Source: a virus (Duplodnaviria > Heunggongvirae > Uroviricota > Caudoviricetes). Taken from it: a stretch of 44,606 bases of DNA. Below, piece after piece: positions 8,439-17,916 of the stretch. The translations under genes were made by a program, and so were the position numbers. Within the stretch, counting starts at the first letter, position 1. Each line of letters starts with the position of its first letter. Location of the stretch: IMG/VR virus record IMGVR_UViG_2711768040_000011, positions 1 to 44,606 of that record. One strand, 5' to 3'. Below the pieces are notes generated by a model. It made no database searches. It saw nothing but the letters and a program-made list of their open reading frames with translations, and was not told the DNA's origin.

Positions 8439-10771
8439 CAGCCCTGCCCCCTTGGCGTGCGTTTAACGTTCATGTTGCTGGTAATGGCGTTACTGATTGG
8501 GCCGCCGTTGTTCAGGTCTGCAACGATGAAATCAACGGTAAGCCCGCCGTTTGCATCTGTACCAGCCTGGGCATCGACAGAGGATGACGTATAGTTCTGG
8601 ATGTTGATTACCACCCCGCCGCCACCCCCTGCAGTCATATCCTTGTTACTGATCACCTTGCCGTTGTCGCCCGGTATCATGTACTGCTTACCGGTACTGG
8701 CCTGGTAAATCTCCGGCATGCCACCTTCGCCGACCTGGTACATTCCGCCCGCCGTTACCGGACCGCCGTTCTTACGTTTACCGAGAAGGTTCGCGCCAAT
8801 AACGCCGGCCACCGCGCCGAGACCGATCGCCGCCGCCGTACCCATTGAGGCTATTGAGGAAAGGATCGCCGCCGGGGTCCATGCCGCCGCAGTCGTTGCC
8901 GCCGCCGCTGTGCTGGTAGCAGTCTGTGTTGCCACTGCTGCCGTCTGCACTGCTGTCACCGTGCCGATAGCAGCAGTTTGTGCCGCTTGCCCCATGATGG
9001 CCGACTTCACCCACTCGATACCCATCTGGACGAACGAATTAACAACGCTGTTCAGGACCGTCATGCCTATACTGCGCATTGCGTCGCTGGCAGACATGCT
9101 GCCTGTGATGATTCCTGTCAGCGCGTTACTGGCAACCGAGCCGAGTGAATCGAAAGCTGCCGCCGCTGCTTGTGTGGCCGCGTTCTGCTGCGCCCACTCT
9201 TCCCACATCGCCGCGTTGCGCTGATCCCGATATTGCTGTTCGATAGCAGCGCGCGCAGCCTCAGCCTCCCCGACCTTTTGCGGGTAAAGCTGAGCGTATT
9301 GTTGGATATCCGAGATGTCTTTCTGATACTGACTATCCAGTCCGGCAGTTTTGCTGGTTTTACCCTGGATGGTGCTGAACTTATTGGCAGCGTCAGTACG
9401 CTCCTTTTCTGCCTTGGCCTGGGCGCGCAATGCGTTGGCGTTATCCCAGGCTTTAGCCGCGTATTGCCCGGCCAGAATGACCTGTTCCTGTGTCGCATCA
9501 TTACCGAGAGACTGCTGTGCATTAAGCACGGCCTGAGCTCGCGATAACTCACCAACGCTTCCGGCTGACAGTTCGGCTTTCTGCTTCAGTTCATCGAGTT
9601 TTTGGTTAACAGACTCTTGAGCTTTAGCGTATTGCTCTGCCTCTTTCTGAGCAGCAGACTTTCCGCCTTTCGCTTTGCTGCCAGCAGCTGAGCCGGACGT
9701 TTTAATCTCGATCGGCTTTGTGTTAGCCGCGGTCTGTGATGCTTTGGAAACAGCAGCCAGATCGCCAACCAGCATGGCAGCTTTATTGCTCAGCCCGGCC
9801 AGGGCTTTGTTTTGCGCTTCCCAGCCATCAAGTCCAAGCCAGGACCAGGTGCGCGCCCGACGCGTGAACATTTCTGCAGTGCTGTTCAGATCTGATATCT
9901 GAGCGTCTGCCGACGCCGCTTTACCCACCAGCCGGTCGAGCGCTGCAGTCATTGAGTCGATAACCGCAACCAGTCCTGTGCTTGCTCCTGTCGCCTGGTT
10001 AACAGAGTCAATCATCGACAGGAATGAGTTAGTCAGCGCGGTATTAGCCTGGGAAAGCGTGCGAGGGAGTTTCTCGAATTCTGCATTCACTGAGCCGGTT
10101 TGCTTCTGAATGGCGTTGAGAGCATCTTCTGCCGTCAGTTTGCCGTCCAGCATCAGCTGACGAAGTTCTCCAATACTTACACCCATCCCGGCGGCAATCT
10201 GGCGCGCAAGTTCAGGCATTTGCTCAAGGATGGAGTTGAACTCCTCCGCCCGGACAGTACCGGAGGAAATTGACTGACCGAACTGGCGCAGCGCATTCGC
10301 CATTTCCTCTGATGAGGATCCGCCAATGCGACCGATTTTCTGAAGCGTCTCGGTGAGCTGAATGATCTGGCCGTTCGTCGCGCCGGTATCGCGAAGTGCA
10401 GTGCTGAGAGTTTCCCACAGTTTTGCGGTGTCCTGCAGCGACCCGCCGGTTGCAGAGCTTATGCGCATCAAGGCCTGCATTGTCTGCGATGCCGCTGCAG
10501 CGCTGCCTGTCAGACGCTCAATGCGCGCGTTGAGCTGGCTCATGTTGTCAGCAGCAACGAGAAACGCCTTACCCCAGTCAACAACGAGTGAAGCCGCAAT
10601 AGCGCCGGCCACGCGGTTGATATTGGTCTGCAGCTCATCCATCTTTTTGGCTGCGTTAGTGGCAGAGTTGCCGATTGAGTCGAGTGACTTATTGGCCTTT
10701 CCCTGCGCCTTCAGCAAGCCAGAAACATCGGCCTCGATGTCGTAATAGATCTCGCCTGCTTTCTCAGACAT
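8438..10771 (-). CDS. tail tape measure protein
   Basis: 777-aa Ala/Gln-rich mostly helical protein with hydrophobic Gly-rich segment, located between chaperone and tail tip genes. Confidence 0.9.
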   Translation of the reverse strand: MSEKAGEIYYDIEADVSGLLKAQGKANKSLDSIGNSATNAAKKMDELQTNINRVAGAIAASLVVDWGKAFLVAADNMSQLNARIERLTGSAAAASQTMQALMRISSATGGSLQDTAKLWETLSTALRDTGATNGQIIQLTETLQKIGRIGGSSSEEMANALRQFGQSISSGTVRAEEFNSILEQMPELARQIAAGMGVSIGELRQLMLDGKLTAEDALNAIQKQTGSVNAEFEKLPRTLSQANTALTNSFLSMIDSVNQATGASTGLVAVIDSMTAALDRLVGKAASADAQISDLNSTAEMFTRRARTWSWLGLDGWEAQNKALAGLSNKAAMLVGDLAAVSKASQTAANTKPIEIKTSGSAAGSKAKGGKSAAQKEAEQYAKAQESVNQKLDELKQKAELSAGSVGELSRAQAVLNAQQSLGNDATQEQVILAGQYAAKAWDNANALRAQAKAEKERTDAANKFSTIQGKTSKTAGLDSQYQKDISDIQQYAQLYPQKVGEAEAARAAIEQQYRDQRNAAMWEEWAQQNAATQAAAAAFDSLGSVASNALTGIITGSMSASDAMRSIGMTVLNSVVNSFVQMGIEWVKSAIMGQAAQTAAIGTVTAVQTAAVATQTATSTAAAATTAAAWTPAAILSSIASMGTAAAIGLGAVAGVIGANLLGKRKNGGPVTAGGMYQVGEGGMPEIYQASTGKQYMIPGDNGKVISNKDMTAGGGGGVVINIQNYTSSSVDAQAGTDANGGLTVDFIVADLNNGGPISNAITSNMNVKRTPRGQG

Positions 10772-10788
10772 CAGTTTTCTCCGGGCAT

Positions 10789-10811
10789 AAAAAAACCCAC
10801 CGAGTGGTGGG
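10789..10811 (-). terminator. rho-independent terminator downstream of lipoprotein moron
   Basis: cccacc-gagt-ggtggg hairpin followed by 7 U on minus strand. Confidence 0.55.
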
Positions 10812-10828
10812 TTAGTTATTCGTGTCGT

Positions 10829-11203
10829 TTATTGGCATCGGTCTATGTATGCCTGAGGCGGCGGCGTATCTTTCGAGCTGAGGAAGTGTTCACCAAGCGT
10901 GTAATCGACACCTTTTGAGAACATCCCTTTCGATTTCATGTTCAGCTCAACGAAGAAAGGATGAAATCCAGCATACGCCCCGAAGCCGTTCTTGCCGTTA
11001 ATCTCACCGCAAACTACAGCAATGATACGGCCGTCATCGGCATCAGTCATTTTGGCTATTTTCACGTTGCGGAACTGTGCGCTAGCCGGGTCTTTAAGAT
11101 TTGCAGCAACCTCTGATTTCGCCAGTGATATAGCCTTTTCCTCGCCGGGCTTGCAGCCAGCCAGAACCAGTGGAATCGCCAAAGCCAAAAGTATTTTCTT
11201 CAC
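10829..11203 (-). CDS. lipoprotein (moron inside tail module)
   Basis: MKKILLALAIPLVLAGC signal peptide with lipobox; inserted between chaperone and tape measure genes, with its own terminator. Confidence 0.8.
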   Translation of the reverse strand: MKKILLALAIPLVLAGCKPGEEKAISLAKSEVAANLKDPASAQFRNVKIAKMTDADDGRIIAVVCGEINGKNGFGAYAGFHPFFVELNMKSKGMFSKGVDYTLGEHFLSSKDTPPPQAYIDRCQ

Positions 11204-11275
11204 CCTTATCCCCTGAGTTTTATTGTCGAGCCATATTACGCCCGGTCAGGCGTGGCTGGTATACCCATTATTAAC

Positions 11276-12019
11276 TCAGGCCGCTCTCTTTGCTGATTTT
11301 TCGCGCTCAATCATTTCCTGCCAACGGCGATCGTCATCGTCCATAACAGCGTCGTACTCTTCCCTGGTGAAGCCTTTCTGGTCCGGGTATTTGGCATTCA
11401 GCATCATTGCAAATTCGGTCATGGTGAGTTCCATCGCCTCTTCCTTGCTGATACCGAAGTGATTGCGGGCTGCCATGATGTATTCAGTCGCATGGAATTC
11501 TGGAGTCGTCTCCTTTCCTTCATGTTTCTGAAGTTTTCGAACCCTGGCCCGGCCGATAATGCCATGCATGATGAGAGACTGGGCTATGAGGATCAGGTTT
11601 TCTGGTGGGAGCGCGCCGCGGCGCCATACGAATGTACGACGACCTGTGCGAGAGGGTTCACTCCAGCCTGTTAACTCGGAAACATCTTCATCGCAGCAGG
11701 ATTGAATGACATTGATGGCCGAGAGAAGCGCCTCACGCACAAAAGCGGCAGAGCCTGCAGCATCAAGCGCCCAACGTGGAACCGAGACGTCACCGAAATA
11801 GTGGGCGTAGAACTTGCGCTGATGCTCAGGTATAGCGCTGTGAATTTCTCTCGCCGCATCAAGCATTCTCGCCACGTCGTCATTAAACAGCGCATAGAAC
11901 GTCCTGACGATATGGTCTGGCTCGCCAATGCGCGTCATGCTACGGAAAGACGGACGGAAGAAATATTCCCGCTCTCCAGCGCCTATCATGCACTCGCCAA
12001 TTTCTTTCAAAGGGGTCAT
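11276..12019 (-). CDS. putative tail assembly chaperone
   Basis: Position between major tail and tape measure genes; start ATG 12019 with GGAGA SD; no frameshift site identified. Confidence 0.45.
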   Translation of the reverse strand: MTPLKEIGECMIGAGEREYFFRPSFRSMTRIGEPDHIVRTFYALFNDDVARMLDAAREIHSAIPEHQRKFYAHYFGDVSVPRWALDAAGSAAFVREALLSAINVIQSCCDEDVSELTGWSEPSRTGRRTFVWRRGALPPENLILIAQSLIMHGIIGRARVRKLQKHEGKETTPEFHATEYIMAARNHFGISKEEAMELTMTEFAMMLNAKYPDQKGFTREEYDAVMDDDDRRWQEMIEREKSAKRAA

Positions 12020-12069
12020 ATAAATCTCCATAACCAGTATCAAGGGCAGCACGCCGCCCTTTGTAGTGA

Positions 12070-12825
12070 TTACGGTGCAGCAGTCACGGTAACAGCACAG
12101 GTATCGGTGAAGTCACCATCTGAGGTTGTAGCCGTAATTGTCGCGGTGCCGGCGGCAACAGCCGTTACCAGGCCGGTTGAGCTAACGGTTGCGATAGATG
12201 GAGCCGAGGTCGTCCAGGTGATCGCTTTGTTAGTCGCATCGGTTGGCTGAACTGCACCGCTCAGTTGCTGGGTTGCACCAACGACCAGAGAAGCAGTTGC
12301 AGGGGTAACCTCAACGCCAGTGGCTGCGATGGAATCAGCGACTTCAAATACAACGGTGTCGGCGTCGTATACTTTCCATTCGCCGGAGAAGGTGGAAATA
12401 TCGTTGGTTCCGAAATCACCAGACCACGAAGTGGTGTTCATGTAACCCTGGATATAGGTGCCAGCGTTCTCACCCGCGAAGTCGAAACGCACCCACAGGT
12501 TAGGCTGACGGCCAGCCTGAACTTCATCAAAGATATACTTCGACAGACGCCACGCGCCAATCTCGTTGTCTTTATCGGACTTTCGAAACTCTCCTTCACC
12601 GGAGATCGTCAGATCCATGTTGTTGACCAGGTTTTCCACCAGCCCTTTAGCATCATCTGCCTCTGAGTTGATGGTGTTCATCGAATAGTCGATGCCCTTA
12701 GTCGTCATAGCGCCGAGACGCTTCCATTCGGAAAGCGCTGGCACTGCGTCGGGGCAGCCAAAGGCCATGCGTAGCACAGCTACTTTCCCGATCAGCTTGC
12801 CAAAATCATTAGCACAGCCTTGCAT
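12070..12825 (-). CDS. major tail protein with C-terminal Ig-like (Big_2-type) domain (gpV-like)
   Basis: 251-aa ORF; C-terminal TPATASLVVGATQQL...TATTSDG Ig-like repeat as in lambda V; GAGAGG SD. Confidence 0.8.
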   Translation of the reverse strand: MQGCANDFGKLIGKVAVLRMAFGCPDAVPALSEWKRLGAMTTKGIDYSMNTINSEADDAKGLVENLVNNMDLTISGEGEFRKSDKDNEIGAWRLSKYIFDEVQAGRQPNLWVRFDFAGENAGTYIQGYMNTTSWSGDFGTNDISTFSGEWKVYDADTVVFEVADSIAATGVEVTPATASLVVGATQQLSGAVQPTDATNKAITWTTSAPSIATVSSTGLVTAVAAGTATITATTSDGDFTDTCAVTVTAAP

Positions 12826-12837
12826 GTGTACCTCTCA

Positions 12838-12864
12838 AATAAAAAAGGCCGCCGGATGGCAGCC
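12838..12864 (-). terminator. hairpin with U-run upstream of major tail gene
   Basis: ggcugcc-aucc-ggcggcc stem (one G-U pair) followed by UUUUUUAUUU on minus strand. Confidence 0.4.
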
Positions 12865-12883
12865 TGATGGGTTGGTGATTGGG

Positions 12884-13267
12884 TTATTCGCCGTAGACAC
12901 ACATGAACTGAAGCCGGAAGACCAGACGGCCCTCCTCAGTCAGGATAGGCGCCGGCATGTTGCCGAGATTTTGAATCAGGCCAAGACACTCATCCGTAAT
13001 GTCGTTCTGTTCGACATAATTTATGATTTCCTGGGCTTTATCTGCGGTAGCGCGGCGCTTGTCCTTGGCGGAGATGACATCCACCAGCACGTAGGGATCA
13101 GATCCGAGGTCATTTCGGATGTCGGTACCGCCGTTAGGCCTGAATACGATGAATGCGTCGGTTAATTTCTTTGTATCGTCCCATGCCAGTAACTGAACGA
13201 TGAAGCCAGTAGTAAGGCCAGCATCAACGAAATAGTTACGCACGCGCTCGTACATGGCTGGTGTCAT
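12884..13267 (-). CDS. putative tail terminator / tail completion protein
   Basis: 127-aa ORF just upstream of major tail gene in the head-tail joining block. Confidence 0.45.
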   Translation of the reverse strand: MTPAMYERVRNYFVDAGLTTGFIVQLLAWDDTKKLTDAFIVFRPNGGTDIRNDLGSDPYVLVDVISAKDKRRATADKAQEIINYVEQNDITDECLGLIQNLGNMPAPILTEEGRLVFRLQFMCVYGE

Positions 13268-13632
13268 ACTGATAGCTCCTTGCGCATTACGGCATCAATC
13301 TGGCTGCGGGTATCTTCAAAGCCTTTAGTGAGGAACTCTTTCTGCGCGGTTGCGCGGCGGAAGGTTTGTAGCACGTTCGGATCGTGTACGAAAACAGCGT
13401 AGTTCGCCGTATACCCCACACGCCCTGTCAGTCGAACGCCGTTGTTTATCAACTCCCTATACTGGCTATTAAGCAGCGTTGAGGTGTCGATCGGCGTGTA
13501 CAACGCAGCCTGTGAGCTGCCGATTATCATTGCTGACTGCAGCGCCCGGACAACCTTGCGCCCTTTCACATCGTTAATGATGCGATTTAGCCCGGCTTTG
13601 GACTGTTTAACGCCACGCACTTTGATGCCCAT
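13264..13632 (-). CDS. head-tail joining protein (HK97 gp10-like)
   Basis: 122-aa ORF coupled to neighbours by overlapping stop/start; position. Confidence 0.5.
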   Translation of the reverse strand: MGIKVRGVKQSKAGLNRIINDVKGRKVVRALQSAMIIGSSQAALYTPIDTSTLLNSQYRELINNGVRLTGRVGYTANYAVFVHDPNVLQTFRRATAQKEFLTKGFEDTRSQIDAVMRKELSV

Positions 13633-13634
13633 GG

Positions 13635-13982
13635 CTACATTCCCGTCAGGATGGCGTAATCATCCGCCAGGCGCTCGAACGTGTCGGCGTAGCGGATAAC
13701 CTGCCGCACCTCGTCGGCACCGGCCACAACCGGGTCCGCTTCGGTCGATACGCCAATCAGCAAGTAATCACCCGCAGCCGCCAGTGCATACTCAGTCCAA
13801 ACGGTATTCTTCACGACGATTTCAGATCCGATATTGCCGATGCGCTTTGACAGGCCACCTTCGTAATCACAGAGAATCGACTCAGGGGCAGAGAAGCCGA
13901 GCGAGTCACCGTATTCATCGTTACCGAGATTGCGCCAGATTGTCGCCGTCGCGGTGTATGACCAATTAGCGGTTGACGACAT
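13635..13982 (-). CDS. head-tail joining / head completion protein
   Basis: 115-aa ORF, start overlaps stop of small upstream ORF (TGATG). Confidence 0.5.
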   Translation of the reverse strand: MSSTANWSYTATATIWRNLGNDEYGDSLGFSAPESILCDYEGGLSKRIGNIGSEIVVKNTVWTEYALAAAGDYLLIGVSTEADPVVAGADEVRQVIRYADTFERLADDYAILTGM

Positions 13983-13984
13983 CA

Positions 13985-14155
13985 GTCATCCCTCCATCGC
14001 AGCACAGCGGCGCCAGTCGCCCGGATGCGCGGGCAGTTGATGAACCACTCGCCGTCCGACTTAACGTAACCGGTTGTCTCCCGCCCTGTGTCGGTCATCA
14101 CCCAGACGCGGGTGAATGAGCGCGGCAGGCCGTGCTTAACTGATTTGTACGTCAT
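13985..14155 (-). CDS. small hypothetical protein (57 aa), not in supplied ORF track
   Basis: Hand-translated MTYKSVKHGLPRSF...VLRWRDD; fills the 13982-14155 gap exactly with TGATG overlaps at both ends. Confidence 0.4.
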
Positions 14156-14535
14156 CAGCAGCCCCCGACCACCATGAACAGGCCGACACTATTACCAGCG
14201 CTGATCGGTAACTCACCGGTGCATCCGCTGGTATCGAGACGAGCCAACGAGTCGCGCAGCCAGGTAATGCTGTCGTCACCATATTCAAACGAGCGGGACG
14301 CGCCAGACGGCGCACCCTGTGATTTGATGCGGCGCGCACCAGACGACGTAGCCATAAGCGCGGCGGCGTACATCAGAATCAGCTTTGCAGTGCACTCGTC
14401 ATACCCCGCACCATCGAGGCACGGGATAATTTTGTTGACCGCGCAGAGAATTGGATCCAGCAACGCCATGGGAATGGTGTAACCCAATTCACCGAGGTAC
14501 GCCTGCACGTCTGCCGCTGTGATTGGGTCAGCCAT
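14155..14535 (-). CDS. putative head-tail connector / adaptor protein
   Basis: 126-aa ORF after capsid genes, first of a translationally coupled chain. Confidence 0.5.
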   Translation of the reverse strand: MADPITAADVQAYLGELGYTIPMALLDPILCAVNKIIPCLDGAGYDECTAKLILMYAAALMATSSGARRIKSQGAPSGASRSFEYGDDSITWLRDSLARLDTSGCTGELPISAGNSVGLFMVVGGC

Positions 14536-14537
14536 GG

Positions 14538-14903
14538 TTATTTCGCCTTCTTGGTTGCTTCCGCCAATGCCGCTTCGGCTTCGTCAGCGCGTTTTGTTTC
14601 TGCTGCCAGTGCGTCGGCGTGAGCCTTGTCTTTTGCTTCACCATCGGCGATTAGCTTTTGGTTCTGCTCCAGCGCGTCGGCGAGTTGCTTTTGCAGGCCA
14701 GAAAGGTCTGCCGCCTGCGCGGACGGAGTTGCCACTTCGAAGGTAAGCTTCTCGCCTTTCTTCTTGTCGGTTTGCTTCGCCTTGCCAGCGCTGATCCAGC
14801 GCTCAGCCGTTGCGTCGTCAACATCCACCACCGAACCAACCTCCAGTTTGCGGAGATTGGCACCGGCGTGCAGGTTACTTGCCACGATTTCTACCAGTGC
14901 CAT
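14538..14903 (-). CDS. hypothetical head-associated protein (Ala/Lys-rich C-terminus)
   Basis: 121-aa ORF directly downstream of major capsid gene. Confidence 0.45.
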   Translation of the reverse strand: MALVEIVASNLHAGANLRKLEVGSVVDVDDATAERWISAGKAKQTDKKKGEKLTFEVATPSAQAADLSGLQKQLADALEQNQKLIADGEAKDKAHADALAAETKRADEAEAALAEATKKAK

Positions 14904-14912
14904 GATTTATCC

Positions 14913-16010
14913 TTAGCTTGATGCGTGAATTACGGAGTATTTGTTGTTGATGTCCTGCTTGACCATCAACCCCATTGCACCCCAGGTGCGCCAGATGTAG
15001 TCGCTGTTGTACTCAGGACGCGGAGATGCAACGGTACCGATAGCCTGGCCGACGATTGGAGCAATGACACCTGCACTCAGTGGAACGATGACGATTTCGT
15101 TACCTGACAGTTGGCTGTCTTCTTTAATCGCCGCTACACCGGTCAGCTTCAGGATTTCATCCATGATCGTTCCGGACTGGAAGTTGTCGGAGAAGTAGCG
15201 TTCCAGGTTGGAGATGATTTCGCCGGATACATACCAGGTCTGCTCTGCATACTGGTTGTTTACGCGACGCATCTGATCACGAAGCACGATTGCCCCGGCG
15301 CGGATGTCCTGAGACGTTGCTGTGCCAGAGGTAAAATCGATGTTCAGGCCTGAAGCGCCAAGGTCGATCTGCGCTACGCGCTCATCGTCACGCAACCCTT
15401 TCCAGGTCAGACCGTCAAACACTGCGAAGTTGCCAGCTTTGTCGCGGAAGCCGTTGAAGATGTAGTCAACGTAACGACGCTGAACGTCTTCAACCGAACC
15501 ACGCTGCGCATCAGCCTGCGACTGCAATGCCTGTGGGCTGTTGAAGATTGGATCACGCCATTCGAACTTAAAGCCCGAGTCGTGAATAGGTACCATGGTG
15601 CCATCGAAGGAATAGCTGCGAGCATCCAGCGCCGCACCAACCTGACCGGACATGGAAGTATGAGCCCAGCCGCGGCCGCCGGTACGAGCGTAATCGTAAC
15701 GAGACTGCTCAATTCGCACGGAGCGAGAGAGCGGCATCAGATCGTTCAGCAGGGTGAATTCGGTATTTGGCTCGAACTGCTGAAGCACAGTTGTGTCGAA
15801 AGCGCGATACAGGCGGCGGATATCGTCAACTGCGTTCACCGCGTCGAGATAAGGGGCGTTTTCTGCATCACCACGGAACTGAGTGCGCGCCAGAAAATCA
15901 GCTGCTGCCTGAGCACTGGCGTTTCGCTCAAGTTCGAGAGCGCGCCATTGCGCCTGGTTTACCGCGAGGTTACCGGTCTTCTCGCCGATAGACTTGGAGA
16001 ATACAAACAT
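14913..16010 (-). CDS. putative major capsid protein
   Basis: 365-aa ORF between scaffold/protease-like gene and head-tail genes. Confidence 0.6.
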   Translation of the reverse strand: MFVFSKSIGEKTGNLAVNQAQWRALELERNASAQAAADFLARTQFRGDAENAPYLDAVNAVDDIRRLYRAFDTTVLQQFEPNTEFTLLNDLMPLSRSVRIEQSRYDYARTGGRGWAHTSMSGQVGAALDARSYSFDGTMVPIHDSGFKFEWRDPIFNSPQALQSQADAQRGSVEDVQRRYVDYIFNGFRDKAGNFAVFDGLTWKGLRDDERVAQIDLGASGLNIDFTSGTATSQDIRAGAIVLRDQMRRVNNQYAEQTWYVSGEIISNLERYFSDNFQSGTIMDEILKLTGVAAIKEDSQLSGNEIVIVPLSAGVIAPIVGQAIGTVASPRPEYNSDYIWRTWGAMGLMVKQDINNKYSVIHASS

Positions 16011-16020
16011 TCAGTGCTCC

Positions 16021-16455
16021 TTATTTGAACACAACGCGAATCAGATCGCCCGCCACCGCAGTGACTGCTTTATCTTCTTCGACATAAGCGAATACGGCGA
16101 CATCATCTACAACCGCAGTGATCTGACCGTTGGCTACTGCAACCGGCTGGCCTTTGGTGTAAGTGCCCGCTGCTGCTCGCACATTTAGGAACATGCCAGG
16201 CAGCGGATGAATACCAACAACCAATTCATTGGCTGGGATTGCGTCATCAACACTCAGGCAGCGCAGGTAGTCTTTGTTTGCCACATACTTGATGGCGGAT
16301 TCTGCCCCGACCACAGAGGCCGTGAACTTGTCAGCAGTACTGAAGAAGCCAACAGTACCAGGCAGAGTCGATGCAGCCGCCCCGCCTTCGCGGTTAAGCA
16401 GCGGATTAGGGAACACGCCGCCGGCGTGGATAATATGCTTTCCGTCTTTAGCCAT
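16021..16455 (-). CDS. capsid-associated structural protein (possible decoration)
   Basis: 144-aa Gly/Ala/Val-rich ORF between scaffold-like and capsid genes. Confidence 0.45.
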   Translation of the reverse strand: MAKDGKHIIHAGGVFPNPLLNREGGAAASTLPGTVGFFSTADKFTASVVGAESAIKYVANKDYLRCLSVDDAIPANELVVGIHPLPGMFLNVRAAAGTYTKGQPVAVANGQITAVVDDVAVFAYVEEDKAVTAVAGDLIRVVFK

Positions 16456-16458
16456 TTT

Positions 16459-17847
16459 TTACTCCGGCATTTCGCTGACTGATTGGGTGTTGGTTGCCTG
16501 ATGGCGGAATGCACCGTTCAGGCCGAAAGATGTCTGGCACTTGGCGTACATGGCGTCGAGCGCCTTACCGTCCAGATCCGCGACTTCGTCGTCGCTCATG
16601 TTCATCGCCAGCTTCACAGCCGCGCGCTTTTCGCCTTTCTCTTTATCGGCGTTAGCGCTCAGGCTGTTGAAAACGACGTCCACGCGATCGGCGAGTTTCT
16701 GCGCCCACGCTGGCATCTCTTCGTTATTGGCGGCCTGCTCTTTTTTCTTGGGCTTGCCGGTTTCCGGGTCGATTTCTTCATCGCCTTTTTTCTTGGCGGT
16801 GGCTTCTTCGGCCTTCATCTGGTTGTATGCGTCCATCAGCTCGGCGTCGGACTTGCCTTCAGTCGGCTTACCAGCGGCTTGCAGCGCATTGATAATCAGT
16901 TCTTTCATCGGATCGTTCTCTCCGTTGGTTTTAATCTCGTACTCAGTGGGTTTGCGCACGACTTCTACAGGTTCGCCGACGAACACGGCCTTGCCGTCAT
17001 CATCGATGAGGTACTTCTGTTTCAGGTATTTGGTGTCATTGCGGTAGATGAAGCTGTCCGGCCACACCGTTTCAGGCCAAAGCCACTTATCTTCGGTGTC
17101 ACCCTCGCGCAGCTTGTCGCTGATAGCGCGGGAGATATCGTCGAAAGAGAAATTAGAGGCATTGGTGAAGAAGAATTTGGTCTTGTTGAGCAGGCCGTCT
17201 CGGGTACAGTCGATGCCATCAGCCAGACGGGCAACTTCAATCTGCTGCTCATCACCTTCAGAGTTAACGAAGATGCCCACGCCATCCTCCGGCGTACCCG
17301 CGCCAGGCTCATCGAGCAGCACCGCCACATGGTCAAACATCATGTTGGTGGCGATCTCGTTGTACTTCTTGCCCTTCGACTCACCATTGGCGGCGATGCC
17401 GGAATACAGCAGACCGGTTGAGATGTGGATCGGGTCGGAGTTGGTACCAGCCAACATCTCATCCAGACGGTTAATCAGGCGCTTGCCCTTGTCGCTGGAT
17501 TCGGCGTACTGGCGGTTAACGTACATATCGCCCGTCACTTTCCCGTCTTTGTGGCTGACGTTCTGCAGCCATGCCCCGACGTGATACTCATTCACCGCCC
17601 GGACATCGCGCGCCGAAACATGCTTGCCGTCCACTTTCGGATGGCCCAGCGGCATCGGGTTGCGCTCGAGTGTGTTGTAGGCCTTTTCGATTTCGGCTGC
17701 CGGGTACAACTTCCGGTTCATCACAATATCGTCCACGACAGGCGTGATGCCGCGAACCACGATATGTGGCTTGCCGTCGATGGTTTCAGTGGTGATGTTT
17801 GAAGCGGAGTTGACGACGGTCAGCACGTTAACGCGGTTGCGTTTCAT
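16459..17847 (-). CDS. putative prohead scaffolding/protease protein (DUF2213-like)
   Basis: 462-aa ORF with acidic/Lys-rich C-terminal region, upstream of capsid gene. Confidence 0.55.
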   Translation of the reverse strand: MKRNRVNVLTVVNSASNITTETIDGKPHIVVRGITPVVDDIVMNRKLYPAAEIEKAYNTLERNPMPLGHPKVDGKHVSARDVRAVNEYHVGAWLQNVSHKDGKVTGDMYVNRQYAESSDKGKRLINRLDEMLAGTNSDPIHISTGLLYSGIAANGESKGKKYNEIATNMMFDHVAVLLDEPGAGTPEDGVGIFVNSEGDEQQIEVARLADGIDCTRDGLLNKTKFFFTNASNFSFDDISRAISDKLREGDTEDKWLWPETVWPDSFIYRNDTKYLKQKYLIDDDGKAVFVGEPVEVVRKPTEYEIKTNGENDPMKELIINALQAAGKPTEGKSDAELMDAYNQMKAEEATAKKKGDEEIDPETGKPKKKEQAANNEEMPAWAQKLADRVDVVFNSLSANADKEKGEKRAAVKLAMNMSDDEVADLDGKALDAMYAKCQTSFGLNGAFRHQATNTQSVSEMPE

Positions 17848-17876
17848 GCTGGGTCCTCGTTATTGGATATCTGGCA

Positions 17877-17900
17877 ATAAAAAAGGCCGCCGTAGCGACC
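17877..17900 (-). terminator. rho-independent terminator downstream of head-module moron
   Basis: ggucgc-uacg-gcggcc hairpin (one G-U) followed by UUUUUUAUU on minus strand. Confidence 0.45.
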
Positions 17901-17916
17901 TTCAGGAGCTCTGAGG

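Noticed and set aside
8718-9547. Plus-strand ORFs (168, 125, 61 aa) inside the tape measure gene
   Set aside because: Antisense to a long, well-supported gene; Ala/Pro/Arg-rich translations typical of GC-rich antisense frames.
11276-12052. Programmed -1 frameshift (G/GT-type) in the tail chaperone gene
   Set aside because: The gene is a single uninterrupted ORF and I could not identify a slippery heptamer with a downstream extension frame; not claimed.
16483-17802. Plus-strand ORFs of 312, 168, 178 and 125 aa opposite the scaffold/protease-like gene
   Set aside because: Antisense shadow ORFs of a well-supported structural gene; no SD or coherent domain signals.
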